DNA from: Anaerolinea thermophila
Lineage (GTDB): Bacteria; Chloroflexota; Anaerolineae; Anaerolineales; Villigracilaceae
DNA: 64,000 bases
Direction of reading: 5' to 3'
NCBI GenBank assembly: GCA_020722345.1
Contig: DYKZ01000001.1
Span: 18,108 to 82,107, forward strand
Shown: positions 8,240 through 16,091 of the stretch, one piece after another
Position numbering within the stretch: the first letter of the stretch is position 1
Layout of the letters: every line of letters begins with the position of its first letter
Made by a program: the position numbers and the translations under genes
The notes under the pieces: model-generated
What the model saw: only the letters and a program-made list of their open reading frames with translations
Told to the model about the DNA's origin: nothing
Database searches by the model: none

Positions 8240-8860
8240 TCAGACCACCACCGCGGAACCTTCGATGACCTCAAGGCACATCCACGTGTAGTTCGCCAGA
8301 ACGTCGTTCAGGTCTGAAGTCATATCGTAGCCGTTAATGCGCAGCTCGAAGTAGTCCCCCTCAACCACCGGGATTACAGCAGTTTGGGCGTGATAGATGT
8401 TATCTGTGTAACCCGAAGTGTAGTGCTTGTTGTTTTCGCTCCCCGCCCCCGGCCATCCGCCGGTGCCGTTCTTGTAAAAGGACGTGTACACGGAGTGGGA
8501 CGTGTTGACGGCGGTCAGCCCGACCTGCCCGCTCAGGCGGACCTTGTGGACCCCCGCCGGTATAGTGATCATGGTGGGCTGGCCCGCGTTCCAGAAGCCG
8601 TCCGTGTCGTAGGCTACCGCGTCCCATGGGATCAGGAACGGCTGGTTGACAATGGGCGCATCAACGAGGTCCACGGAGCGGTAGGCGAGCACGCCCCGGA
8701 ACGGGGTTGCCCAAGTCTGGGCGGAGGTGACCCCCGCCAGCGCAGCGGCGATCTGGGCCAAGGTCGCCTTCCGGCTGTTCCCCGCCTGTACCAAGTGAAG
8801 TAGCTCGTCCCCGGTGATCGCGTCCGCGGCGATCAGGTCCTCAATCGTCTTGTTTGCCAT
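8240..8860 (-). CDS. tail fibre protein
   Basis: The N-terminus MANKTIEDLIAADAITGDELLHLVQAGNSRKATLAQIA is typical of fibre N-termini. The C-terminus is beta-rich. Position in the tail-fibre block supports the call. Confidence 0.6.
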   Translation of the reverse strand: MANKTIEDLIAADAITGDELLHLVQAGNSRKATLAQIAAALAGVTSAQTWATPFRGVLAYRSVDLVDAPIVNQPFLIPWDAVAYDTDGFWNAGQPTMITIPAGVHKVRLSGQVGLTAVNTSHSVYTSFYKNGTGGWPGAGSENNKHYTSGYTDNIYHAQTAVIPVVEGDYFELRINGYDMTSDLNDVLANYTWMCLEVIEGSAVVV

Positions 8861-8872
8861 GATTCATTCCTC

Positions 8873-9229
8873 TCAAAGTTCAAGCAGGTCGCCGCCGGTC
8901 TGGGCGTCCCCGGACAGCATAAGGTTGTTGTCCAAGCCCTCGTCCAGCTCGTCCAAACTCAGCATCAGCTTCGCCCGGGGCGCGGGCGTCGCATCCGTGG
9001 TCACCTCTATCTCCGGCCCGACCTGCTGAAGCCCGGCGAGGAAGGCCGCCACGCGGTAGTAATAGGTGGTGTTGGGCAGCGCCGTCTCGTCCACGTACTC
9101 CGTGACGCCCGGCCCGACCTCCGCGAGCGGGGCCGGGAGGTTCTGAGGGTCCATCGGGCTCGTGGAGCGGTAGATGCGGTGCCCGTCCTCAACCGTGTTG
9201 TTGTCGTCCCACGTCAATAATACGCTCAT
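8873..9229 (-). CDS. FN3-like domain tail/fibre accessory protein
   Basis: LTWDDNNTVEDGHRIYRS...TEYVDETALPNTTYYYRVAAF has the fibronectin type III signature. It is paralogous to the N-terminus of the next gene. Confidence 0.55.
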   Translation of the reverse strand: MSVLLTWDDNNTVEDGHRIYRSTSPMDPQNLPAPLAEVGPGVTEYVDETALPNTTYYYRVAAFLAGLQQVGPEIEVTTDATPAPRAKLMLSLDELDEGLDNNLMLSGDAQTGGDLLEL

Positions 9230-9240
9230 TCAACCCTCCG

Positions 9241-10161
9241 TCAAACGTGTATCGCCAGTATAACGTCGCTCCGCCGGTCCTCCGGTTCCTCTAAGGACAC
9301 GTTCCAGCCCGCCGTCTCGAAATTGCACGCCTCGTTGGCGGCGGCTTCTACAAACCAAGCAAAATACCGCATTTGTCGCGCGTTCGGCTCCTCGATAGGC
9401 CAGCGGGTCGGGCGACACATCGGGATCATCCGTGACGGGAAGCCCTCCACGTAGGACTCGCCAGAGGTCGTTTGGTAAATCCAGGACGTACAGACCATCA
9501 CGAGCGCGGGCTTGTTCGTGTTCGTGAAGGTGAAGGCCGCGGCCCTCAGAGGGCCTTTGATCCTGGACGCGCCCAGAGGAGTCACCTGGAGGGGCTTCGA
9601 GTCATGGCGGATAACCGCGATGGAGGCCATCAGGCGCACGTTGCTCGCCTGCTGGAGCGTCACTTGCGCCCCTGACTCCGAGCCGTCCGCGATCTTCCAC
9701 AGGGCGAACGTCCATTGTTGGAAGCCGTTGTCCGCGTCCGCCGGTTCCGGCCCCAGGGTCCATCCCGGAGGCGTGGATACCCAAGCGTCCCGGCGAGCCC
9801 CGAAGATAACGAGCAGGTCCCCTGCCTTACAATCCGGGACCGTCAGCGTGAGGGTCGCACCGTCGCCGTTGTACCCCAGCTGAATTTGCTGCGTCGCGTA
9901 CAGGAAGCGCGGCAGCTCCTCCTCCGGGGTCACGGCCCGCGCTACGCCTTCGCCCACCTCCTCGTTGACGAACGGGGCGACGTAGTAGTGCTGTTGGACG
10001 CCCGCGGGGGCGGTCTGGTCCTCGAACACCCCCCGGCCCGCCGGCACGGAGGCCAGGGGCGCGGGCAGGGCCTGCGGGTCAATCGGGGCCGGGTCCCGGA
10101 AGATTTGAACACCGTCCTCCGCCAGCTCCCGGTCTTTCCAAGTGAGACGTACTTTCGCCAT
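9241..10161 (-). CDS. tail fibre/baseplate protein with N-terminal FN3-like module
   Basis: RLTWKDRELAEDGVQIFRD..PQALPAPLASV..HYYVAPF parallels the 8873-9229 product. The C-terminal 200 aa are unassigned. Confidence 0.55.
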   Translation of the reverse strand: MAKVRLTWKDRELAEDGVQIFRDPAPIDPQALPAPLASVPAGRGVFEDQTAPAGVQQHYYVAPFVNEEVGEGVARAVTPEEELPRFLYATQQIQLGYNGDGATLTLTVPDCKAGDLLVIFGARRDAWVSTPPGWTLGPEPADADNGFQQWTFALWKIADGSESGAQVTLQQASNVRLMASIAVIRHDSKPLQVTPLGASRIKGPLRAAAFTFTNTNKPALVMVCTSWIYQTTSGESYVEGFPSRMIPMCRPTRWPIEEPNARQMRYFAWFVEAAANEACNFETAGWNVSLEEPEDRRSDVILAIHV

Positions 10162-10162
10162 A

Positions 10163-13045
10163 TCAAACTCCTCCGCCGACCGCGTAGGCTTCCACGTCTA
10201 CCGGCGCGAACAGGTTGCCCGTCTTAGCCGCCATGTTAGAAGGCGGCGCCAAGAGCGGCAGCTTCAGCTCCGCTGGCCTCCAGGACTTGAGCCCATCCCG
10301 AACCGCCCGGACCTGGAGCACGAGAATGGCGGAACCGTCCGGGATAGTGTGTTCAAGCAGGTCAATCGTGTAGGTTTTCAACGCCCCGATGTCCTGCTGG
10401 AAGAACTGAACCTGGTTGCCGTCCTCCGTCTCGCCCAACATCGTGATCTCATAGGTGGTTCCAGCCTCCGGGACCACCTCCCCGTCCGTCCAGGCGAGCG
10501 GAACACCGCCCGTCTCCTGGAGCCGGTTGCGGCCCACCCACGTCGCCACCGCCGGGTAAGCCACGTTGTCGTTGGGGTCCACGTCCAGCTCGCCGTTGAT
10601 GCGGAGGTTCGCCGGGCGGTAGGGCCGGGCCGCGCGTCCCTCTATCGTCAGGGACATTTCCGGGGCCGCGGCGATGTCCAGCTGGCCGGAGCCCGTGACG
10701 GTCGCCAGCTTGACACGGACCTGCTCGCTGTTGACATACTCCGTGGGGGAGCCCGCCGGGAAGGCGTCCCAGAAGTAGATGACGGACCCCGCGCCGTGCT
10801 CCTTGGGCACCGTGTCATAGATCGCGCGGCGGACCGTCACGGTGTTGAGCACCGGGTCCAGCGCCTCGATCCACACCAGCTCCTCCCCGATCTGGGCCCA
10901 TGACGGGACCTCGACCAGATCAAGGTCCACGCCGCCTTGTATGGAGAACTCAGTGTTGAATCGCCCAACGGGTGCGGACAGCTTCGCGTAGGGGCAGAAG
11001 TCCAGCACCCCGGCTTCCTCGAAGGTTTCGCCCAGGCCCGCCGCCGTGTAGAGACGGGCGTTGAGGCTCGCCACGTTCGGACGGCCCGCCGCCGCCCCCA
11101 CGTAGCCCAGATCAGGCTCCGCGGCCAGGGTCTGGTCAGTCTGCGCCTGCCCCTGCTGTTGAACCAGCTCGATGTACGGGATTTCGTACACGATCTGATC
11201 AGCCACCGGGGTCGGGCCGCTGTTCGGGTCCTCCCATTGCGGCGGGTCGGGCGTGACCAGCGCCGTCTCCGGGAGGTCGAACACGTCCTCAGTACAGGTG
11301 ATTTTGATGCGGTTCGTCCGTCCGTCGCCATAGGCGATGCCGTTGACGCGCATCACCACCTCGCTGAGGTTGTAGTCCGCCCAGGACAGCTTGAACACGT
11401 CGCCAATCGTCAGGTCCTTCGCCGTCCGGTCCGCGTAGATGGTACACGAGGCCCGCTGCGAGGAGAGGGCCTTGAGGTCACGTTGCGCGACCCGGGAGGC
11501 AATGGCGGGGTCCACAAATCCCGGGTACTGGATGGTGGTCCCGATAGTGACGCCCTGCATCTGCTGAAGCGCGATGTCCTGGGCGGACACGCTCGCGTCC
11601 CTCCCGGTATTCACGTTCCAGTAGTTGACCGTGACCGCGTTCGTCAGCTCCCCGAAGGCCGGGCGCGTGAAGTTCTCGATCTTGTCAATATTGTCTTCGT
11701 TCAGGTGAAGCAGGTTGTCCTTGTTGTATCCTCCGCGGATCAGCTTCAGAGTGAACAGGCCGGTCTTGCGGTCCACGTACAGGGCCGCGTCGATATGCTT
11801 CACAATCTCCCCGATGAAGTCCTCAATCGGGGTCTGGCGGTCCCAGAGGATGCTGATGCCCATCCGCTCGTTGTAGAGCTGGTCCGCCGCGGCCATGAAG
11901 GACTGGTCATCCACCTCCGCGTCCGAGTAGCCCATGCCCCAATCGGGGTCGGTCAGGCACTCCCGGATGATGTGGGCCGGGTTCATGGCGGAGCTGTCGC
12001 CCATCACCGCGAAGAACACCGCGTTGTACAGGGCGTTGGACTCCGCGGAGTCAACCACCGGGATACCGTCCTGCGGCGTGTTCTCGACCAACGCGATGTA
12101 GGAGGTGTTTGAGAGGTCGATGCTGATGCCGTACACGTCCACGGGGCTCTGCGCCCAGACGCCCTCCTTGCGGATCATCGGACCCGCGACGGCCAGCGCC
12201 TGATCGACCGTGGTGGCGGGTTCCGGGAGGCCGTCCGTGATGAAGAACATCGCCCGGCGGCGACCGTCCGCGGAGCCGGGCTGAAACCAGTTGACCGCGT
12301 TGCCGTAGGGCTGGCTGAAGTCGGTCCCTCCCGAGGCGGACAAGCCGTCCACAAAGTTCTTGAGGTCCTGTATGTCCGCGGAGGAGACGTTGAAGCGGCT
12401 CATCTGGGTCGTGGACGTGCTCCAGCCGCAGACAGCGATGTCCACCTGGACCTTGGAGTCAATCCGCAGTTGGTCGATAGCGTCCAGCACCGCCTTCATC
12501 TGGGTCTTGGCGAGCTGGAGACGGGTCAAGCCGCCCGACACCACCGTGTCCATCGACCCGGACGTGTCCAGGGCGAAGAAGAACATTTGGCGCTGCTTGA
12601 AGTTCGAGGCGACCTTGATTTCAGCCTTCGGGTAGTACCACTGAGCCGCGCCGCTCTGGCGCATATGAATGCGCTGGACCCTGAATGCCCACTTCTTCAG
12701 GTACGGGTTCAGCCCGAGGTACACCTGACGGAGGACCACGCCGACAACGCCCCGGTAGGCCGGAATCAGGGACCCGAGCTTGCTGAGCAGGTAGCTGTTC
12801 TGCCCCTGGGCCGGTCCGCCGGGCTCGAAGTCCACCGTGCCCTGGATACCGCCCTCCCGGCTTTCGCCGCCGAACAGGTCCGGGTTGTCCACGTAGATGG
12901 AGCCGCTGTTGCGGTCGCCCAACCAGGCGTCCTTCCCGTCCACTCGAATGCGCAGGATGCGATCCACCGGACCGTGGCACAGGATCATGTGCATGCCCAA
13001 GTAGTATTTGTATCCAACGGTGACTTTCTTACTGCTTCCGCCCAC
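10163..13045 (-). CDS. tail tip / host-specificity protein (GTA g15-like body) with inserted vWA domain
   Basis: GTG start with GGAGG upstream. The N-terminus GGSSKKVTVGYKYYLGMHMILCHGPV matches the conserved GGGKG..YsY..alCeGpi region of GTA-type host-specificity proteins. vWA MIDAS DTSGSMD...GGTDF...FFITDGLPEP lies near aa 160-340. Confidence 0.75.
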   Translation of the reverse strand: MGGSSKKVTVGYKYYLGMHMILCHGPVDRILRIRVDGKDAWLGDRNSGSIYVDNPDLFGGESREGGIQGTVDFEPGGPAQGQNSYLLSKLGSLIPAYRGVVGVVLRQVYLGLNPYLKKWAFRVQRIHMRQSGAAQWYYPKAEIKVASNFKQRQMFFFALDTSGSMDTVVSGGLTRLQLAKTQMKAVLDAIDQLRIDSKVQVDIAVCGWSTSTTQMSRFNVSSADIQDLKNFVDGLSASGGTDFSQPYGNAVNWFQPGSADGRRRAMFFITDGLPEPATTVDQALAVAGPMIRKEGVWAQSPVDVYGISIDLSNTSYIALVENTPQDGIPVVDSAESNALYNAVFFAVMGDSSAMNPAHIIRECLTDPDWGMGYSDAEVDDQSFMAAADQLYNERMGISILWDRQTPIEDFIGEIVKHIDAALYVDRKTGLFTLKLIRGGYNKDNLLHLNEDNIDKIENFTRPAFGELTNAVTVNYWNVNTGRDASVSAQDIALQQMQGVTIGTTIQYPGFVDPAIASRVAQRDLKALSSQRASCTIYADRTAKDLTIGDVFKLSWADYNLSEVVMRVNGIAYGDGRTNRIKITCTEDVFDLPETALVTPDPPQWEDPNSGPTPVADQIVYEIPYIELVQQQGQAQTDQTLAAEPDLGYVGAAAGRPNVASLNARLYTAAGLGETFEEAGVLDFCPYAKLSAPVGRFNTEFSIQGGVDLDLVEVPSWAQIGEELVWIEALDPVLNTVTVRRAIYDTVPKEHGAGSVIYFWDAFPAGSPTEYVNSEQVRVKLATVTGSGQLDIAAAPEMSLTIEGRAARPYRPANLRINGELDVDPNDNVAYPAVATWVGRNRLQETGGVPLAWTDGEVVPEAGTTYEITMLGETEDGNQVQFFQQDIGALKTYTIDLLEHTIPDGSAILVLQVRAVRDGLKSWRPAELKLPLLAPPSNMAAKTGNLFAPVDVEAYAVGGGV

Positions 13046-13235
13046 GGGCCGCCTCCACTACTTGGAGGGCCATCGGATCGCCGGTGGCCACGAGTTTGTC
13101 CGCGGCGATCCCGTTCGCCAGGAACTCCGACCAGTTGAGCCCGTGTCGCTCGAAGAAGGCCCGCGCCCCGCGGGAGCACATCTTGACGGCTCGCACGTCA
13201 TCCATTCGGATGATCAGTTGGCTATCGTCCGTCAT
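13029..13235 (-). CDS. hypothetical protein lying between the two host-specificity gene pieces
   Basis: 68 aa. ATGA overlap with the upstream gene and 17-nt overlap with the downstream GTG. The sequence MTDDSQLIIRMDDVRAVKMCSRGARAFFERHGLNW is not assignable. Confidence 0.5.
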   Translation of the reverse strand: MTDDSQLIIRMDDVRAVKMCSRGARAFFERHGLNWSEFLANGIAADKLVATGDPMALQVVEAARGRKQ

Positions 13236-13465
13236 TTCTTGCCGCCCTTCTTCTTGATCGCCACGGTGCGCAAGTCACCGAACCACACCACGTTCGGCCC
13301 TTCAATGTCCCGGGTCCCGAACAGCACCGGGATTTCCCGGCCCTCCTCCGCGGTCGGCACCTTGAAGTCGCCCAGGCCCGCGGGCTTCGCGTTCTGCGGC
13401 TTGGGCGTCAGCGAGTAGCTGACCACCAGCGCGACCACGAAGACCGCGATGTACCACCAAACCAT
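13232..13465 (-). CDS. N-terminal fragment-like piece of host-specificity protein (TM helix plus IPxxFGTxxxxGxxxW box)
   Basis: ATG 13465 has GGAGG upstream. The product MVWWYIAVFVVALVVSYSL...EIPVLFGTRDIEGPNVVWFGDLRTV..KKKGGKK resembles the extreme N-terminus of GTA g15-type proteins. Confidence 0.5.
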   Translation of the reverse strand: MVWWYIAVFVVALVVSYSLTPKPQNAKPAGLGDFKVPTAEEGREIPVLFGTRDIEGPNVVWFGDLRTVAIKKKGGKK

Positions 13466-13478
13466 GGTCTGGCCTCCT

Positions 13479-14924
13479 CTACACGATGGATGAACCGTCG
13501 AACGGATTGCGAATGGGTATCCAGTCAAATCCGCCGTAGTTCATCAAGTTATTGAAACGCCCGTGGCAGGTCCCCCGGGTCCGGTCGCACCCCGGGAACA
13601 TGCGCACTGCCGCGCCGCCGTAATACTGGCCATAGGATAGCCCGTAGCCGTCAAGCGCCAAAGCCTTCGCCATCGACTCGAACGGACGGAGGAGGGTCAG
13701 CTGGTTCCCCACGTGGTTCGTGATGAAGCGCAGCGTCCCGTCCGGGCCTTCGAGGATGCCCGTGGTGAAGTAGCCGTTGGGGTAGGCCGCGGCCTCCGGG
13801 ACCGTGACCACGAGGCCGTTGATGGCGGTCGGGACGCCCTTGACGGCCCAGGCTTCCTTACTCACCCCGCAACCGCGGGAGTACAGCATGTGGCGGCAGC
13901 TCCGCTGATAGCGGGCGCGGAGCCCGGGGCGGCGCAGCGACGTGAACACGGACTCAAAGTTGAGGATGATTTCGCTCATGGTGGGCTTGACGCCCGACAA
14001 CCGGCCCTTCCAGACGATGCTGATTTCATCGTCCTCGTCCCGCTCGAAGATCGTCAGTGTGACCAGCGTCTCTACGTGGTCGTGGAGCCAGCGTTGTCCC
14101 ATGGAGTTGCCCAGGTCCACCTTGACTTCGATGTTCGCCCGGCTCAGTTCGTTCTTCGTCTCCGCCTCGCTGCGACCGATAGGCACGGGCGTGTACGTCT
14201 CGCCCATGTAGTCCACCGGCTCGTCCCCGCTCGTGAAGGTCCAGACCTCCGACTCAGTAGGCCCCGCGCTCAGGATGGCGTTGTACAAGGCGTCCGAGTT
14301 CGTGGAGGAGAGGACCGGCACGCCGTCCCGGGGCGTGTTGTCGAGCAGCCCAAGATAGGTCGTGTCATAATGGTCCACGGACATACAATAGATGTCCACC
14401 TCATTCCCGGAGGCGGGCGAGAAGGCCCCGGTGCGGGTGATCATGTCCGCCGCGAGGCTCGCCGCGTTCGCGGCAGAGCTGGCGGGCTCCGGCACCCCGT
14501 CCGTGATGAAGAACAGGGACTGGCGGAAGTCCGCCGGGGTCGGGGTCAGGAAGTAGTTGCGCGCCGCGGCCACGGGCGCGTCATAGGGCGTCCCGCCCTC
14601 AGCGACCAGCCCATCAATCCACGCCTTCAGGTCCGCGATGGAGGAGCTGGAGACGTTCCGGCGGACAATCGTCACGGTCCCGGTCCCGGAGAAGGCCGCC
14701 ATGCCGATATGGACAGCCACGTTCTTCTCAATCCGCTTCCGGTCGATTTCGTCCAGGACCCGCTTCAGCTGATCCTTGGCGACCTGGAACCGGGTCATCC
14801 CGGGCGACCCCTGTTCATTCATGGACCCGGACTTGTCCACGATGAAGTAGAAGTTTTGGTTGCCGTCGAAGGGGTCCTTGAGCCCCTGCTCGACAAATCT
14901 GTACATCTCAACTTTTGTACTCAT
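13479..14924 (-). CDS. tail hub protein (DUF2163 / BR0599-like, GTA g13-like) with N-terminal vWA domain
   Basis: The C-terminus FPGCDRTRGTCHGRFNNLMNYGGFDWIP is the BR0599 signature. The N-terminus carries vWA MIDAS DKSGSMN...GGTPYD...FFITDGVPEP. Confidence 0.7.
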   Translation of the reverse strand: MSTKVEMYRFVEQGLKDPFDGNQNFYFIVDKSGSMNEQGSPGMTRFQVAKDQLKRVLDEIDRKRIEKNVAVHIGMAAFSGTGTVTIVRRNVSSSSIADLKAWIDGLVAEGGTPYDAPVAAARNYFLTPTPADFRQSLFFITDGVPEPASSAANAASLAADMITRTGAFSPASGNEVDIYCMSVDHYDTTYLGLLDNTPRDGVPVLSSTNSDALYNAILSAGPTESEVWTFTSGDEPVDYMGETYTPVPIGRSEAETKNELSRANIEVKVDLGNSMGQRWLHDHVETLVTLTIFERDEDDEISIVWKGRLSGVKPTMSEIILNFESVFTSLRRPGLRARYQRSCRHMLYSRGCGVSKEAWAVKGVPTAINGLVVTVPEAAAYPNGYFTTGILEGPDGTLRFITNHVGNQLTLLRPFESMAKALALDGYGLSYGQYYGGAAVRMFPGCDRTRGTCHGRFNNLMNYGGFDWIPIRNPFDGSSIV

Positions 14925-16090
14925 GGTTGAATCTCCAGGGTGTTCACCGTACAGCGCAGAACGCTATTGCCCAACCAGTTCAACTCTACTCGATCAGTGT
15001 CCAACCGGCGAAGCCCGAGGAAGCTGACCGCGGCGATGGATTGGGCCGGGACGTTCAGAGCCGTGTCCAGGGTCAGTTCAACGGTCGAAGCATTCCCTGG
15101 GAGCGGCACCGCCGCCGTCACCGTCCGGCAGAGCCAGGCCCCGGCGAGGGTCTGGACTGCGACATGGTTGCGCAGCGGGAGCCAATCCAGGAGCCCTTCC
15201 CGGGCTTCCACCAAGAGTTTGTCCGCGACGGTCCCGGTGGACTTGTGTCGCAGATCGTTCTCAAAGGTCGGGCTCCAGTAGGGCCGGAACCGGCCCGCGC
15301 GCCGCATAAGCCAGTTGCGGAAAGCCCGGACCTCCGCCGGGCCGTCGCACACCACGTGTCGCGGTCGCAGGTCCCTATTGTAGCGCCAAGGCGTCCGCCG
15401 CGCCACTTTGCCGAGTTCATAGTCAACGCGGTCAACGCGGGTGGTAATTTCCTGCCCGTAGGTGCTCGCGGACATCATGCCTGGCTCTAGGTACAGGTCA
15501 CGTCCTAGAAACTGCGCCGGGGCATCCTCCGCCAGCGCCTCGATGTCCTCGACCTCGAACCGGACGGACGTTTCAGCCTCATAGCCGTTTGAACTGCGTT
15601 CGGGCGAGCCGTCGATGTGCCCGACCCGCACCGGCACCAGGAAGGCGGCGGAGAAGGCCCCGGGGTAGTCCGTCAGCGTGATTTCGCCCGGGGCCACGGC
15701 CTCAATCTCCACCAGCTCCCAGCGGTCATAGCTCTGCCAGAGGAGGGCGAGCCCGCCCGCCCGGAGGTCGTACAGCTCCGTGTTACACTGGATCGTGATG
15801 GTGTTGAGAAGGATGCCGCCGATGGGCTGGGCCTCGCACCAGAGCGGGATTGCCCAGCGCCGCCCCAGCGCCCCGTATTGGGCGAGGTAGGCACGAGGCT
15901 TGACCGCCGCCGTCTCCGGGAGGAGGTAGGTGAGAGTCATCCGCGGATGATTCCGCAGCTGAATCGCCTTCTCCGTCCCGTTGAAGGAGGTCATGAGGTC
16001 CGTTTTCCACTCCAGCAGCTCCCGAACCGGCACGCGGGCCGGGAGCGGGAGCAGCGCGAGCTCACCGAGGCTTGTTTGTACTTTCGCCAT
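14921..16090 (-). CDS. distal tail protein (GTA g12-like by position)
   Basis: 389 aa, lying directly between the tape measure and the hub, with ATGA coupling at its 3' end. The assignment is positional only. Confidence 0.5.
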   Translation of the reverse strand: MAKVQTSLGELALLPLPARVPVRELLEWKTDLMTSFNGTEKAIQLRNHPRMTLTYLLPETAAVKPRAYLAQYGALGRRWAIPLWCEAQPIGGILLNTITIQCNTELYDLRAGGLALLWQSYDRWELVEIEAVAPGEITLTDYPGAFSAAFLVPVRVGHIDGSPERSSNGYEAETSVRFEVEDIEALAEDAPAQFLGRDLYLEPGMMSASTYGQEITTRVDRVDYELGKVARRTPWRYNRDLRPRHVVCDGPAEVRAFRNWLMRRAGRFRPYWSPTFENDLRHKSTGTVADKLLVEAREGLLDWLPLRNHVAVQTLAGAWLCRTVTAAVPLPGNASTVELTLDTALNVPAQSIAAVSFLGLRRLDTDRVELNWLGNSVLRCTVNTLEIQP

Positions 16091-16091
16091 A

